Source: a virus
DNA length: 64,000 nucleotides
IMG/VR virus record: IMGVR_UViG_3300025141_000021
Direction: 5' to 3' (one strand)
The position numbers and the translations under genes are program-made. The notes under the pieces were generated by a model, which saw only the letters and a list, made by a program, of their open reading frames with translations, searched no databases and was not told the DNA's origin. This document shows positions 18,518-27,299 of this stretch, piece by piece. Positions within the stretch are counted from its first letter, which is position 1. Every line of letters begins with the position of its first letter.

Positions 18518-18933
18518 CTTTTAGGGCCTCCGTATTTTTTTTTATCTTGGTTCAATAAACCAATCATATATCTAGCAACGTCTTTAGCAATGAAGACAAC
18601 GGCTTCAGGAACATAACCCTCATCCTCAACTATTGGCTCGGTTACTCTAGATATTGCCTTTGCCAATTTATATTCTAATGTAGCATATGGCTTAGTAGGA
18701 AATTTCTCATATTCTTTTTTATATATCTCCGCCTCTTGAAGGATTATTTCCTTTAATTCAAATTTTGTAATTTTGTTTGTTTTGTCGATAGATTCATTTG
18801 CATGAGTATGCAAAGCTGCAAGATAATCTTTAACTGGACCATCCGTGCATCCTACTTTTTTATCGTTTTCTTTTTTATACACGCAAGTTTTTCCCTTATC
18901 TTTGCCGGCGCCTTTTCTTGAATAATAGGGCAT
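18514..18933 (-). CDS. Two-module small protein with internal leader-like motif
   Basis: MPY...CVYKK...GCT...YLAALHTHANE followed by KITKFELKEIILQEAE. Confidence 0.65.
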   Translation of the reverse strand: MPYYSRKGAGKDKGKTCVYKKENDKKVGCTDGPVKDYLAALHTHANESIDKTNKITKFELKEIILQEAEIYKKEYEKFPTKPYATLEYKLAKAISRVTEPIVEDEGYVPEAVVFIAKDVARYMIGLLNQDKKKYGGPKR

Positions 18934-18934
18934 T

Positions 18935-19117
18935 TTACGCGCCTCTTAGTTTCGCAACTGTATCAACAACGGTTTGGCCTCCGATATAAACACAGGTGAT
19001 TATAACCCAATCACCGGATGTTAGATCTGCAAAAGCCAGCAAACCAGTTGCTGTCACCCAGGCTAATAGCTTTCTGGATATGAGCTTGTTTAAGCCCTTG
19101 TCGAGTACATGTCGCAT
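18935..19117 (-). CDS. Small two-TM membrane protein (holin-like candidate)
   Basis: 60 aa, SRKLLAWVTATGLLAF...WVIITCVYIGGQ. SD GAGGT at 19123-19127. Confidence 0.55.
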   Translation of the reverse strand: MRHVLDKGLNKLISRKLLAWVTATGLLAFADLTSGDWVIITCVYIGGQTVVDTVAKLRGA

Positions 19118-19134
19118 AATAAACCTCTACTATA

Positions 19135-19142
19135 TAAGTAGT
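19135..19142 (-). promoter_or_regulatory. ACTACTTA motif
   Basis: 17 nt upstream of ATG 19117. Confidence 0.5.
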
Positions 19143-19145
19143 TGC

Positions 19146-22100
19146 TTATTGCTGAACTTGCGCTAATCCTCGCTTTTTATCTATGACGATCTGCATATCA
19201 ACACAGTCTTTCAGATTATCCAAATGGGATATTAAAAGCACTGTTTTGAAGTGTCCCTTAATCATGTCTAAAATTCTAACAAACCCTTCCATATTTTCTT
19301 CATCTAGCGCTGTTCCAGGCTCGTCTAGAATAAATATGTTTGGTTTTGGCAGGTTTGACACATTAAGAAGGGCAAGTCGAATAGCCATTGCGGCAATCGT
19401 CTTTTCTGCTCCCGAGCCCATTTCAAGTGGGCGTGCGCCATACTTTGGATGCTTAATAAAGATATTAAGCTTTCTACTGTCGTTCTCAAAAAAGACTTCG
19501 AAATTGACCACATTGGTTAATACCTTTGCGATCTCTTCATTAATCACGGGAAGCTGCATTTTAATAATATCATATGATATACCGCTTGTATGCATTGCGC
19601 GCATATATAAATCATATGCGGAAAACTCTTCTCGCAATGACTTAAGCTCTTCTTTTTGGCTTTCTAAATTATTGACCCTTTGTTCGAGCGAGCCGTGATT
19701 TTTATATAAATCAAGAAGCTCGGCTTCACATTGTTCTAAAGACTTAGTATTCGCCGTAATTGTATTTTTAAGTTCTTCTTTTTCCAACAGCAACGCTTCT
19801 AAATTTTCAATTGCCTCTTTGTTTTCTTCATATTTCTTGGCTTTGTCTTCCATATTCTCAATAAAAAGTTCAAGCCTGGCAATTTGAGAATCGTTCTTTT
19901 CGATCTCCAATTTTGTTGATGTTAACTCACGAGTAGTTTCTTGCCTTTTGTCAACAATCTTGTTATATTTTGCTAATTGACTATCGACCTTTTCTGGATC
20001 TAATTCTGCAAGGTCTTTGTTAATTACGCTTCGGCGGCTGCAAAAATTTATTAATACCTGTTGAGTTGAGCCTAGTTGTTTTCGCGCTGCAATAGCGTCA
20101 TGTAAAAATTTACATGTAGGAAACTGGTCTCCGCAAGGCACCTCTTTTAAAAGCTCAGTCTTTTTTTCTTCTCGCTCAAGTTTTTCTTCTGTTCTACAGA
20201 CTTCGTTATATAACTTATCGGAAGTTTCCTGTTTTTCTTTAATTAATTCACTATCTTTTATCAGTTGTTTTGAATTATAAGCCGCCAAGAATTCACTAAT
20301 TTTGTCAAAAAACCTTTCACGCGTATTTAGCTTTGTGTGCAGTCTTTCATTTTCATTTCTAAACTGATCTAGTTCTTCTCTATTAATAATTAGCTCATTA
20401 TTAAGCTCTATGATATCGATAACCTCTGCAGGAATTGCTGCAATGGATGCCGTAATTGTATCAATTCCTTTTTTGGTTTTTTCTATTGTCTTCTTAACTT
20501 TTCCACATTCTTTCTTCTTGTCCTCGGTTGTGTTCTCGTTGACAAAAAGCTCTTTGGTTACAGCCAAAATTTCATCATCAAACTCGCGCCCTTCGAGCCG
20601 TTTGAGCGCACCTTTAAGATCTGCAGCATCCTCCTTTGCAATCTTAAACTTCTTTTCAAAAACTTCTAAATCGAGGAATTTAGCTAAAATTTCTTTTCTT
20701 CTTGTTGATCCCTCGCTAATAAACAATAGAGAACCAAGCTGAGAAGACATCGATGTAAGCAGAAAATCGTCTAATGATCCAAACATACGACGAATGTTCT
20801 TATCTGTATCGTTTCTTGTCATTCCGTTCAGACTGACAATTTCATCAATAACAGGATCATAAGAAGAAAAGTTTACATCAGTCTTTGCTTCTGTCGTTTC
20901 TTCACCGTGTAATCGTTTTTGATATTTTTCAGAAATACGCTCAATTGATATCAACTTATTGCCAACAAGAATTTCAGCCTTTCCAGAACCAACATTTTTG
21001 GTTTGATTAATGACATTCAAATTTTTGCGGACGTTCTTTGACGTTGAGTTATACATTGTATATAAGAGGCTGTCAATGATACTTGATTTGCCAGAATAAT
21101 TCTTTCCAAATATTCCAACAGTTCCGTTTAAGCTATCAAAATCAATATAGTTATTCCCGCCATAATTAAATAAATTGTCCCACTCCAGGCGCTTCAGTCT
21201 CCACTTAACGTTGCGGGAAACTTCTTCGCTCTCTTCCGCCAACGCATTGTATTTATTATTAAGTTCAAAGACTTTTTGAAGCACCTCTTCCTCAATTTCA
21301 TAGTCCTTCAAATATTCGCCAATTAGTTTCTCTTGCACCGCAAGATCGCGCAAATCTTCAATTCGAATATTATTAGTTAAGTCTTCAACGTTTGCTTCGT
21401 TTCTCGCTCGATTTAAATAAGTAATTGCTTCAGGTCTAAACCTGCGCTTGGCTATATCAATAGCTTTTCGTAGGGCGTCGACAGATACCTTATTGCTACT
21501 TACGAGGCGCAGGCGGGCGCCTTCTGGTATTGTGAGGGCCCGGGGCAGGCGACCTTTGGGAGTTAGTTCAATGGTAATAAACGGCTTAGGATTCTTAAGC
21601 AGGCGATGTTCAACATTGAAGGTGTCCTTGTCTTTAATGTCCCAAATCAAAATCCCCTTATCATTGGTCTCGCCATGGTTTTGTTGGATTGTTGAACCGA
21701 CATATCTTACTCTGCCTTCGTGATCCAATATCTGATTTGTCTTATGAATATCTCCTAAAAATGCAAAATCATGTCCTTCAAAAATTGAAACATCATGATC
21801 GCCATGTTCCATCACCCAGCCAACATCTGTCGTGACTCCTGCGATTGAACCGTGATAAAGCGCAATATTAATCTTATCGACGTTGGTTGGTTCGACCCAC
21901 GCGTCTTCATCAAAAATAGACAGGACGTTCAAACAATAATTATTATCTAAATGAACCTCGCCAGACTGTTTTAACAGATGTAGATCATCTAATTCTAGTG
22001 CTTCAACAATTGGTGTAATTGCGTCTTGTCGACTGCTATTTTTTAGGTTGCCATCGTGATTACCAAGAATAACATACGTTGGTGCGATCTCGGCTAAGTT

Positions 22101-22295
22101 GCGGAAAAAATTGGAACACATGTCGACAAACTCTGGTGAAAGCTGTGTCTTCGTATGAGCGATATCTCCGCAATGGACAATATAGTCCACCTTTTCTTTT
22201 CGTAATATTTCATAAAGCTGGTCAAAAACTTTACGGTATTCATAATGATATTTTAGATTTTTAATATGTGTATCAGCTAAATGTGCAAATTTCAT
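19146..22295 (-). CDS. Fused SbcD/Mre11-like nuclease and SbcC/Rad50-like SMC ATPase (gp47-gp46-like)
   Basis: Phosphoesterase motifs DTH, GD, GNHD, HG and GDIH. Then Walker A GKNYSGKS, a long coiled coil, Walker B ILDEPGTALD and H-loop LISH, all in one 1049-aa frame. Confidence 0.9.
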   Translation of the reverse strand: MKFAHLADTHIKNLKYHYEYRKVFDQLYEILRKEKVDYIVHCGDIAHTKTQLSPEFVDMCSNFFRNLAEIAPTYVILGNHDGNLKNSSRQDAITPIVEALELDDLHLLKQSGEVHLDNNYCLNVLSIFDEDAWVEPTNVDKINIALYHGSIAGVTTDVGWVMEHGDHDVSIFEGHDFAFLGDIHKTNQILDHEGRVRYVGSTIQQNHGETNDKGILIWDIKDKDTFNVEHRLLKNPKPFITIELTPKGRLPRALTIPEGARLRLVSSNKVSVDALRKAIDIAKRRFRPEAITYLNRARNEANVEDLTNNIRIEDLRDLAVQEKLIGEYLKDYEIEEEVLQKVFELNNKYNALAEESEEVSRNVKWRLKRLEWDNLFNYGGNNYIDFDSLNGTVGIFGKNYSGKSSIIDSLLYTMYNSTSKNVRKNLNVINQTKNVGSGKAEILVGNKLISIERISEKYQKRLHGEETTEAKTDVNFSSYDPVIDEIVSLNGMTRNDTDKNIRRMFGSLDDFLLTSMSSQLGSLLFISEGSTRRKEILAKFLDLEVFEKKFKIAKEDAADLKGALKRLEGREFDDEILAVTKELFVNENTTEDKKKECGKVKKTIEKTKKGIDTITASIAAIPAEVIDIIELNNELIINREELDQFRNENERLHTKLNTRERFFDKISEFLAAYNSKQLIKDSELIKEKQETSDKLYNEVCRTEEKLEREEKKTELLKEVPCGDQFPTCKFLHDAIAARKQLGSTQQVLINFCSRRSVINKDLAELDPEKVDSQLAKYNKIVDKRQETTRELTSTKLEIEKNDSQIARLELFIENMEDKAKKYEENKEAIENLEALLLEKEELKNTITANTKSLEQCEAELLDLYKNHGSLEQRVNNLESQKEELKSLREEFSAYDLYMRAMHTSGISYDIIKMQLPVINEEIAKVLTNVVNFEVFFENDSRKLNIFIKHPKYGARPLEMGSGAEKTIAAMAIRLALLNVSNLPKPNIFILDEPGTALDEENMEGFVRILDMIKGHFKTVLLISHLDNLKDCVDMQIVIDKKRGLAQVQQ

Positions 22296-23221
22296 AAATT
22301 CATAATTTGATAAAGAAGATAATTTTCTTCCGTCATCGGAAGAGCGTCGGCTTTTCTAATGTTATATTCTTCTTTTGTCATTTCTCCAACGTCTGAGTAT
22401 GGTCCCAAGTCTACTTTATACAATTCAACTCCATACGCCAGAAGATTTTTTATAAGCCTCATTGCCTTTTTTTCAACATCAGAATCAAGCGCAATGTATA
22501 TTGGTGTGTCGTGTCTCACAATTTCTTTGAATAATTTGGAATTTTCATGTAGGGAAGATCCCAATATTGGCACTGCATTCGGGCCAGCAACAATCGCATC
22601 GAATATCCCTTCAACAATCGACAAGTTTGTCGTCCAGTCAAGATATAAACCATTAAACACAATATTTTTGCCAACCGGGGGATTCATATACTTCTGCCAG
22701 TTACCATTATAGCTCCTCCCGACAAAATAGTCAACTAATCCTTTATCATTAAACGACGGAACAACTACCCGACCTTCATATTTACCGCTTACGCAATATC
22801 CAATCTTCCAACGAATAATGTCTTTTTTCGTTATTCCTCGATTTTGTAAATATTTTTTTGCTGGTAAAGATGAGAGTGATAAATTTTTATTCGCTAATGA
22901 AATGAATTCATCTGGCAATCTAGCTATTTGTTCTTCTTCCTCGTCATCCTCAAATAATTTGTCAAACTCGCTTAAGTCTAGATGCTCATCAAATTCTCCC
23001 CAACCTTTTCGGTCATTAAACGTACCATATCTTCGAACCAAGCGGCGTAACGAAGAACCGGAATAATCACAAATCCAACATTTAAATTTATCAATATCAA
23101 TGTTGACACTTAATTTACGTTTGTGGTGATCGCATCGAGGGCAAAAGAAAAGAATTTGTTCACCTTCTCGGTGATAGCCTCCCAATATTTCTTTTAAGAT
23201 TTTGAGTTTGTCTGTATCCAT
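22292..23221 (-). CDS. DNA primase (Zn-binding domain plus Toprim)
   Basis: CPRCDHH...CWICD, IVEGIFDA, IALDSD. Confidence 0.85.
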   Translation of the reverse strand: MDTDKLKILKEILGGYHREGEQILFFCPRCDHHKRKLSVNIDIDKFKCWICDYSGSSLRRLVRRYGTFNDRKGWGEFDEHLDLSEFDKLFEDDEEEEQIARLPDEFISLANKNLSLSSLPAKKYLQNRGITKKDIIRWKIGYCVSGKYEGRVVVPSFNDKGLVDYFVGRSYNGNWQKYMNPPVGKNIVFNGLYLDWTTNLSIVEGIFDAIVAGPNAVPILGSSLHENSKLFKEIVRHDTPIYIALDSDVEKKAMRLIKNLLAYGVELYKVDLGPYSDVGEMTKEEYNIRKADALPMTEENYLLYQIMNL

Positions 23222-23706
23222 CCAGCTCTCGCGATTATCAATGAATCCGCCCTGTCAAACATTCCTGGCTTAGGGTTTTCGTATATAGTATATTCTATAT
23301 CAAAATCGGGTTCATTGTCAAGCAAAAACTTTAGTACTACTTCTTTGGCTTTCTCCCCTCGTGGCACTTTAATTCCGCACTGCTTTCTTGCAGAAGATGC
23401 AGAAAGATATTTTGGTTCAATTTTTAATAAATCATAACACATCCATGATATTATACCATTAAATCTAGATAATGTTGATAGTGTATTTGCTGAAGAAAAT
23501 CCTGAACGAAAAGCTTGCAAAGACTGCTCTATGTAGATTTCATCAATATCTTGTAATTTTGTCAATTCATTTTTTACTTTTTCTGCTTTGCTAAAAATGT
23601 TTTTAATTTTACGAAGATCCCATGCTTCACAACGCACAATTTTATTTTTATTATTTAATACGGTGAAGCCAACAAAGCTGGTGCTCACATCAAGTCCAAG
23701 AATCAT
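23194..23706 (-). CDS. RuvC-like Holliday junction resolvase
   Basis: ILGLDVST, IYIEQ, DRADS catalytic acidic pattern. Confidence 0.8.
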   Translation of the reverse strand: MILGLDVSTSFVGFTVLNNKNKIVRCEAWDLRKIKNIFSKAEKVKNELTKLQDIDEIYIEQSLQAFRSGFSSANTLSTLSRFNGIISWMCYDLLKIEPKYLSASSARKQCGIKVPRGEKAKEVVLKFLLDNEPDFDIEYTIYENPKPGMFDRADSLIIARAGWIQTNSKS

Positions 23707-23707
23707 T

Positions 23708-25159
23708 TTAAAAATCTAACTTAAGTTTAAACGTGAGATCTCTATCTTCGGTCTTCTTTACTGGTCTGGCTACCTTTGCGATTGCAATTAAGTTTTTATC
23801 TTTATCATATATGCCAATCTTTGAAATATATGTAATTTTCTCAAAGCTACCAGTTGGATCTGCATAATCAGTTTTTACAATATTTTTAATTTGAATTTCT
23901 TTATTTTCAATAAATTGGAAGTCATTTGTCGATGCACTTAAGGCATTCCACGCATTTCGGCCGTATTTGATATACGTTGGATTATTCGAATGATTAACCT
24001 CGCCCTTTGGTGCGTGAACCAACATTGTTGCTGTTGGAGTATAATTTGTTCCTTTAAACGAAAAACGATATGCAGTAGTGGCTGCCGATCCGGTCGCCCC
24101 AAAATATAGCCATTTTGGAGATTCTGCTCCAGAAGTCTCTGGATCATAGTTTGCATCAGTGTGGCTGCCGCCCTCCGCCTCAATCATATTCCAACTGCCT
24201 GTTAATAATACAAACCCTTCATTATACAATACAACGCCGGCAACACTTCCAGACCCCGTACTGCCAGTTGGCTCTGTTTGTATCAACTCTCCGTTTTCAT
24301 TTTGATCTTGAAGTCTTCCAATTAGCGTTCCGGTTACATAGAATTTAAGATCGACGGTTCCTTTTTTAATCGAGGAACCATAGAAAATTGAAGGAATGTT
24401 AATAAGATTAATGGCTTGAGTTTCTTTATTACAACCGGGCACTAAAGAAGAAGTGAAAGAATAATGTGGACTAAGATATCTGTAATAATCTAGTGTATTT
24501 TTTAGCGCTATAATTCGTTGTCTACGATCTATTGTAAAGTCCTCGCCCAACGCTGTTCCGGCATCGTCGACCGCTAAAATTTTATGGTGGTCACCGTTGA
24601 ACACGCCTAGGTATTTGGCGCGGTGAACATTGTCATCCGCATTGCCGGGATATGTCTGGGCGTATTCAATGGTGCCACAGCGAGTAGCGGGATCATGTAA
24701 GCTCATCGATCTGTTGGTTAGTATGCCGCCAACAATATATATTCTACTTATTGAAGCGGATAGGGGGTACGAGCCAGATATCGCCTCGCCTTGCGCAAAA
24801 TCATGATCGATAATCGCAGCAGAACCAGATGTTGAAAGGGTTCTCATTCCCACCCTTGTGCCGTCTTTTGTTATAAATGGATAAATAAGAGGAGCGCCGC
24901 CGCGATAGCCGGTGCCCGAATCATAAGCCGGGGATGTCGATGCCTGCCATGGATCTCGGCTAGCCTCTCTGTCTATATTAAGTTCATATAAGCTTACATA
25001 TCCGAGAGGAACATGGCCTACGTTGCTAACCCTTGATCCGCTTATTGCTGCCCTATTGTTGTAATAAGTGTTTCCATCGTGTATTAAAAAATCACACTGA
25101 GGGTGTGTTTTTACCCGATTATAAAAAATATCACTTTGTTCGAATTTGTAAAGGCCCAT
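23708..25159 (-). CDS. Virion structural (baseplate/fibre-attachment-like) protein
   Basis: 483 aa. C-terminus ISKIGIYDKDKNLIAIAKVARPVKK...LTFKLKLDF, paralogous to 25182..26267. Confidence 0.6.
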   Translation of the reverse strand: MGLYKFEQSDIFYNRVKTHPQCDFLIHDGNTYYNNRAAISGSRVSNVGHVPLGYVSLYELNIDREASRDPWQASTSPAYDSGTGYRGGAPLIYPFITKDGTRVGMRTLSTSGSAAIIDHDFAQGEAISGSYPLSASISRIYIVGGILTNRSMSLHDPATRCGTIEYAQTYPGNADDNVHRAKYLGVFNGDHHKILAVDDAGTALGEDFTIDRRQRIIALKNTLDYYRYLSPHYSFTSSLVPGCNKETQAINLINIPSIFYGSSIKKGTVDLKFYVTGTLIGRLQDQNENGELIQTEPTGSTGSGSVAGVVLYNEGFVLLTGSWNMIEAEGGSHTDANYDPETSGAESPKWLYFGATGSAATTAYRFSFKGTNYTPTATMLVHAPKGEVNHSNNPTYIKYGRNAWNALSASTNDFQFIENKEIQIKNIVKTDYADPTGSFEKITYISKIGIYDKDKNLIAIAKVARPVKKTEDRDLTFKLKLDF

Positions 25160-25167
25160 GCTATTAA

Positions 25168-25175
25168 TAAATAGC
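25168..25175 (-). promoter_or_regulatory. GCTATTTA motif variant
   Basis: 8 nt upstream of ATG 25159, within a gctatt/aatagc inverted repeat. Confidence 0.4.
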
Positions 25176-25181
25176 TATTAA

Positions 25182-26267
25182 CTAATAATCTAGTCGAACT
25201 CTGAGCGTCAATTCTTGCTCCGGAGTTTTCTTTAACGGCTCTGATAATTTAGCAACAGCCAATAATTCATTATCTGCAGAATAAAGACCAATCGTTGTGA
25301 TATAAGAAACCGGAGAATCTATTCTAGTATTCTTACATCGAAGTTTGCTAGCAGATAAGTATGTTGGATTTGCACTATAGTTGAAATCATTGTGATTAAT
25401 ACGGCAGAAATATATTGTTGAATTCAATTCTGTGGTGTTATTAAACGATAGTGACTGCAATCGATTTCTTACTGTATCACAACTTGAAGTGATTGCTGAA
25501 CCTGAAAACACCATTGCGTAAGACGACGTGGCGCCCTGTCGGGCGTTTGCTGCTGTTCCACCTTGTGCTGGAGTTCCGAAATGACATTCTGGGCCAACAT
25601 ATCCAGTACCAACCAATGGAGGACCAAAAACTGATCCTGTTATAACTGCAATACCTGCTTGATAATAAATTAAGCCAACGCCTGTATTGGTTTGCGCGGC
25701 GGAAGCTGTATAGAGAATTGCATATTCACCGGCTGGTGAGTTAACTCTAAAGTCGTTAGCAGCACCATGGTCTTGAAGTGTGAGAACTCCAGTTGGCAAC
25801 TCTGGTACGCCGCCCGTTAGAAACGTAACAGAGAACGTTCCCTTCTTAATTTCATCTTTAGTTAATAGTCTTGAAAAATTGAGAAAAACAACTTCTCTCA
25901 GTTTGGTGCCTGCCGTGAGATCTCCGTCTCTATCAAAATCCATGATGGCACCAGTAATATCGTGTCCAACTAGCACCTGAGCCATCTGATTGTAAATGTT
26001 AACTTTTTTGGAATTTTGTACATTGCTGGCGCCAGAAAGATAAGAATTTGAAGAATAGCCCATAGTAATATCAAAGATATGATTTGCCGAAGAGCTTAAA
26101 TAAGGATAATCATATACAGCTTGAAACATTCCGTGTGAAAAGTTTTTAATATTGTTATCTGAGTATGTACCTGAAACGATTGTTCCTGTAACCGGTAATG
26201 ATTCGTGAAGTAGTGTCCTAGACGAAACGGTGTCGTCATTCAAAAACGTTTTAAATACTGTTGCCAT
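25182..26267 (-). CDS. Virion structural (baseplate/fibre-attachment-like) protein
   Basis: 361 aa. C-terminus ITTIGLYSADNELLAVAKLSEPLKK...LTLRVRLDY. Confidence 0.6.
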   Translation of the reverse strand: MATVFKTFLNDDTVSSRTLLHESLPVTGTIVSGTYSDNNIKNFSHGMFQAVYDYPYLSSSANHIFDITMGYSSNSYLSGASNVQNSKKVNIYNQMAQVLVGHDITGAIMDFDRDGDLTAGTKLREVVFLNFSRLLTKDEIKKGTFSVTFLTGGVPELPTGVLTLQDHGAANDFRVNSPAGEYAILYTASAAQTNTGVGLIYYQAGIAVITGSVFGPPLVGTGYVGPECHFGTPAQGGTAANARQGATSSYAMVFSGSAITSSCDTVRNRLQSLSFNNTTELNSTIYFCRINHNDFNYSANPTYLSASKLRCKNTRIDSPVSYITTIGLYSADNELLAVAKLSEPLKKTPEQELTLRVRLDY

Positions 26268-26286
26268 TGTTTATCCTATCCTTAAA

Positions 26287-27222
26287 TTAGCAAGTTGAGT
26301 CTGCAGTTTTGAGCTTAACAAAGCGCACAGGCACATCAAGTCTATATCCGGTCGTTGCCCCCGTAACTCTTACCATGGTATCGATGTAATAAAAACAACT
26401 ATTGCCACTATCCGCACTAGTCATTGTAACAGTACTGCCAAGTTTTGTAAACAAATAGGTGCTGCTATTTAATTCGGTCGATGCCCCAATCTTAAATTCT
26501 ATAATTGTGCCCCTAGGGCCAGCAATAGTTTGATTAGTGTCTGTTGATAAGTTCTTGGGGTTTCTTCGAACATATTGAGAATCTGTGCCGACTGATAAAA
26601 AGTAACTTGCAATGTTATCATCATCAACAAAAGAAACATTTGCCGCTGTAGCCGAGGCGCCAATTGACATAACCCTTCCAAATCGATTATCCATTTCAAT
26701 AATATATTGAGTTTCTACAAGATCTGCCGAAAGTGGAATCTGGGGAGTTTGTTCTGTTGTGTCTAGTCCTTGATCCAGCCTGATGAATCCACCCGCATCA
26801 GAAGTTGTTTCTCCATTAAGCAATCCAGTCGCAGTGCCGAGATCGTTTTCAGTATTTTTATCAACCATCACGACAAAGGCGCCAACTGAGTGCATAGCAT
26901 GTTTGCCGGTGCTCGGAAGCTGATTGAGCTTTAAAACTGGCAAATATAATAAATCTGTCCTAGGAACAGAAAGTAGTTTTGATTTCATTAAAGAGGTGTT
27001 GTTTGTAAACGCTTCAAGAACCGGAGTTTGAAGAATTTCTAAATCGAAATATGCGCTGCCGCTAGCGTGATCTTTATTATAAGTTGTATAATCAATTTCA
27101 TCGTCAGCTAAAGCAAATTTTACAATTCTAAATGATCCATCGCCCTTTGCTAATCTAAACCTGCCAGTGTCGGTTAACACTGCATCTAAAATAATATCTC
27201 CGCTATTGTCAAGAAATCCCAT
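26287..27222 (-). CDS. Virion structural protein
   Basis: 311 aa. N-terminus DAVLTDTGRFRLAKGDGSFRIVKFALADDEIDY. SD GAGAGG. Confidence 0.6.
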   Translation of the reverse strand: MGFLDNSGDIILDAVLTDTGRFRLAKGDGSFRIVKFALADDEIDYTTYNKDHASGSAYFDLEILQTPVLEAFTNNTSLMKSKLLSVPRTDLLYLPVLKLNQLPSTGKHAMHSVGAFVVMVDKNTENDLGTATGLLNGETTSDAGGFIRLDQGLDTTEQTPQIPLSADLVETQYIIEMDNRFGRVMSIGASATAANVSFVDDDNIASYFLSVGTDSQYVRRNPKNLSTDTNQTIAGPRGTIIEFKIGASTELNSSTYLFTKLGSTVTMTSADSGNSCFYYIDTMVRVTGATTGYRLDVPVRFVKLKTADSTC

Positions 27223-27239
27223 ATTTTTTCCTCTCTAAA

Positions 27240-27275
27240 TAATTAGTGCTTAATTTAAGATACACTATAAATAGT
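27240..27275 (-). promoter_or_regulatory. Tandem ACTATTTA (27268-27275) and ACTAATTA (27240-27247) motifs
   Basis: Two copies in one 77-nt gap upstream of ATG 27222. Confidence 0.55.
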
Positions 27276-27299
27276 CATTAATTCAGCTAAATTTCCTTT

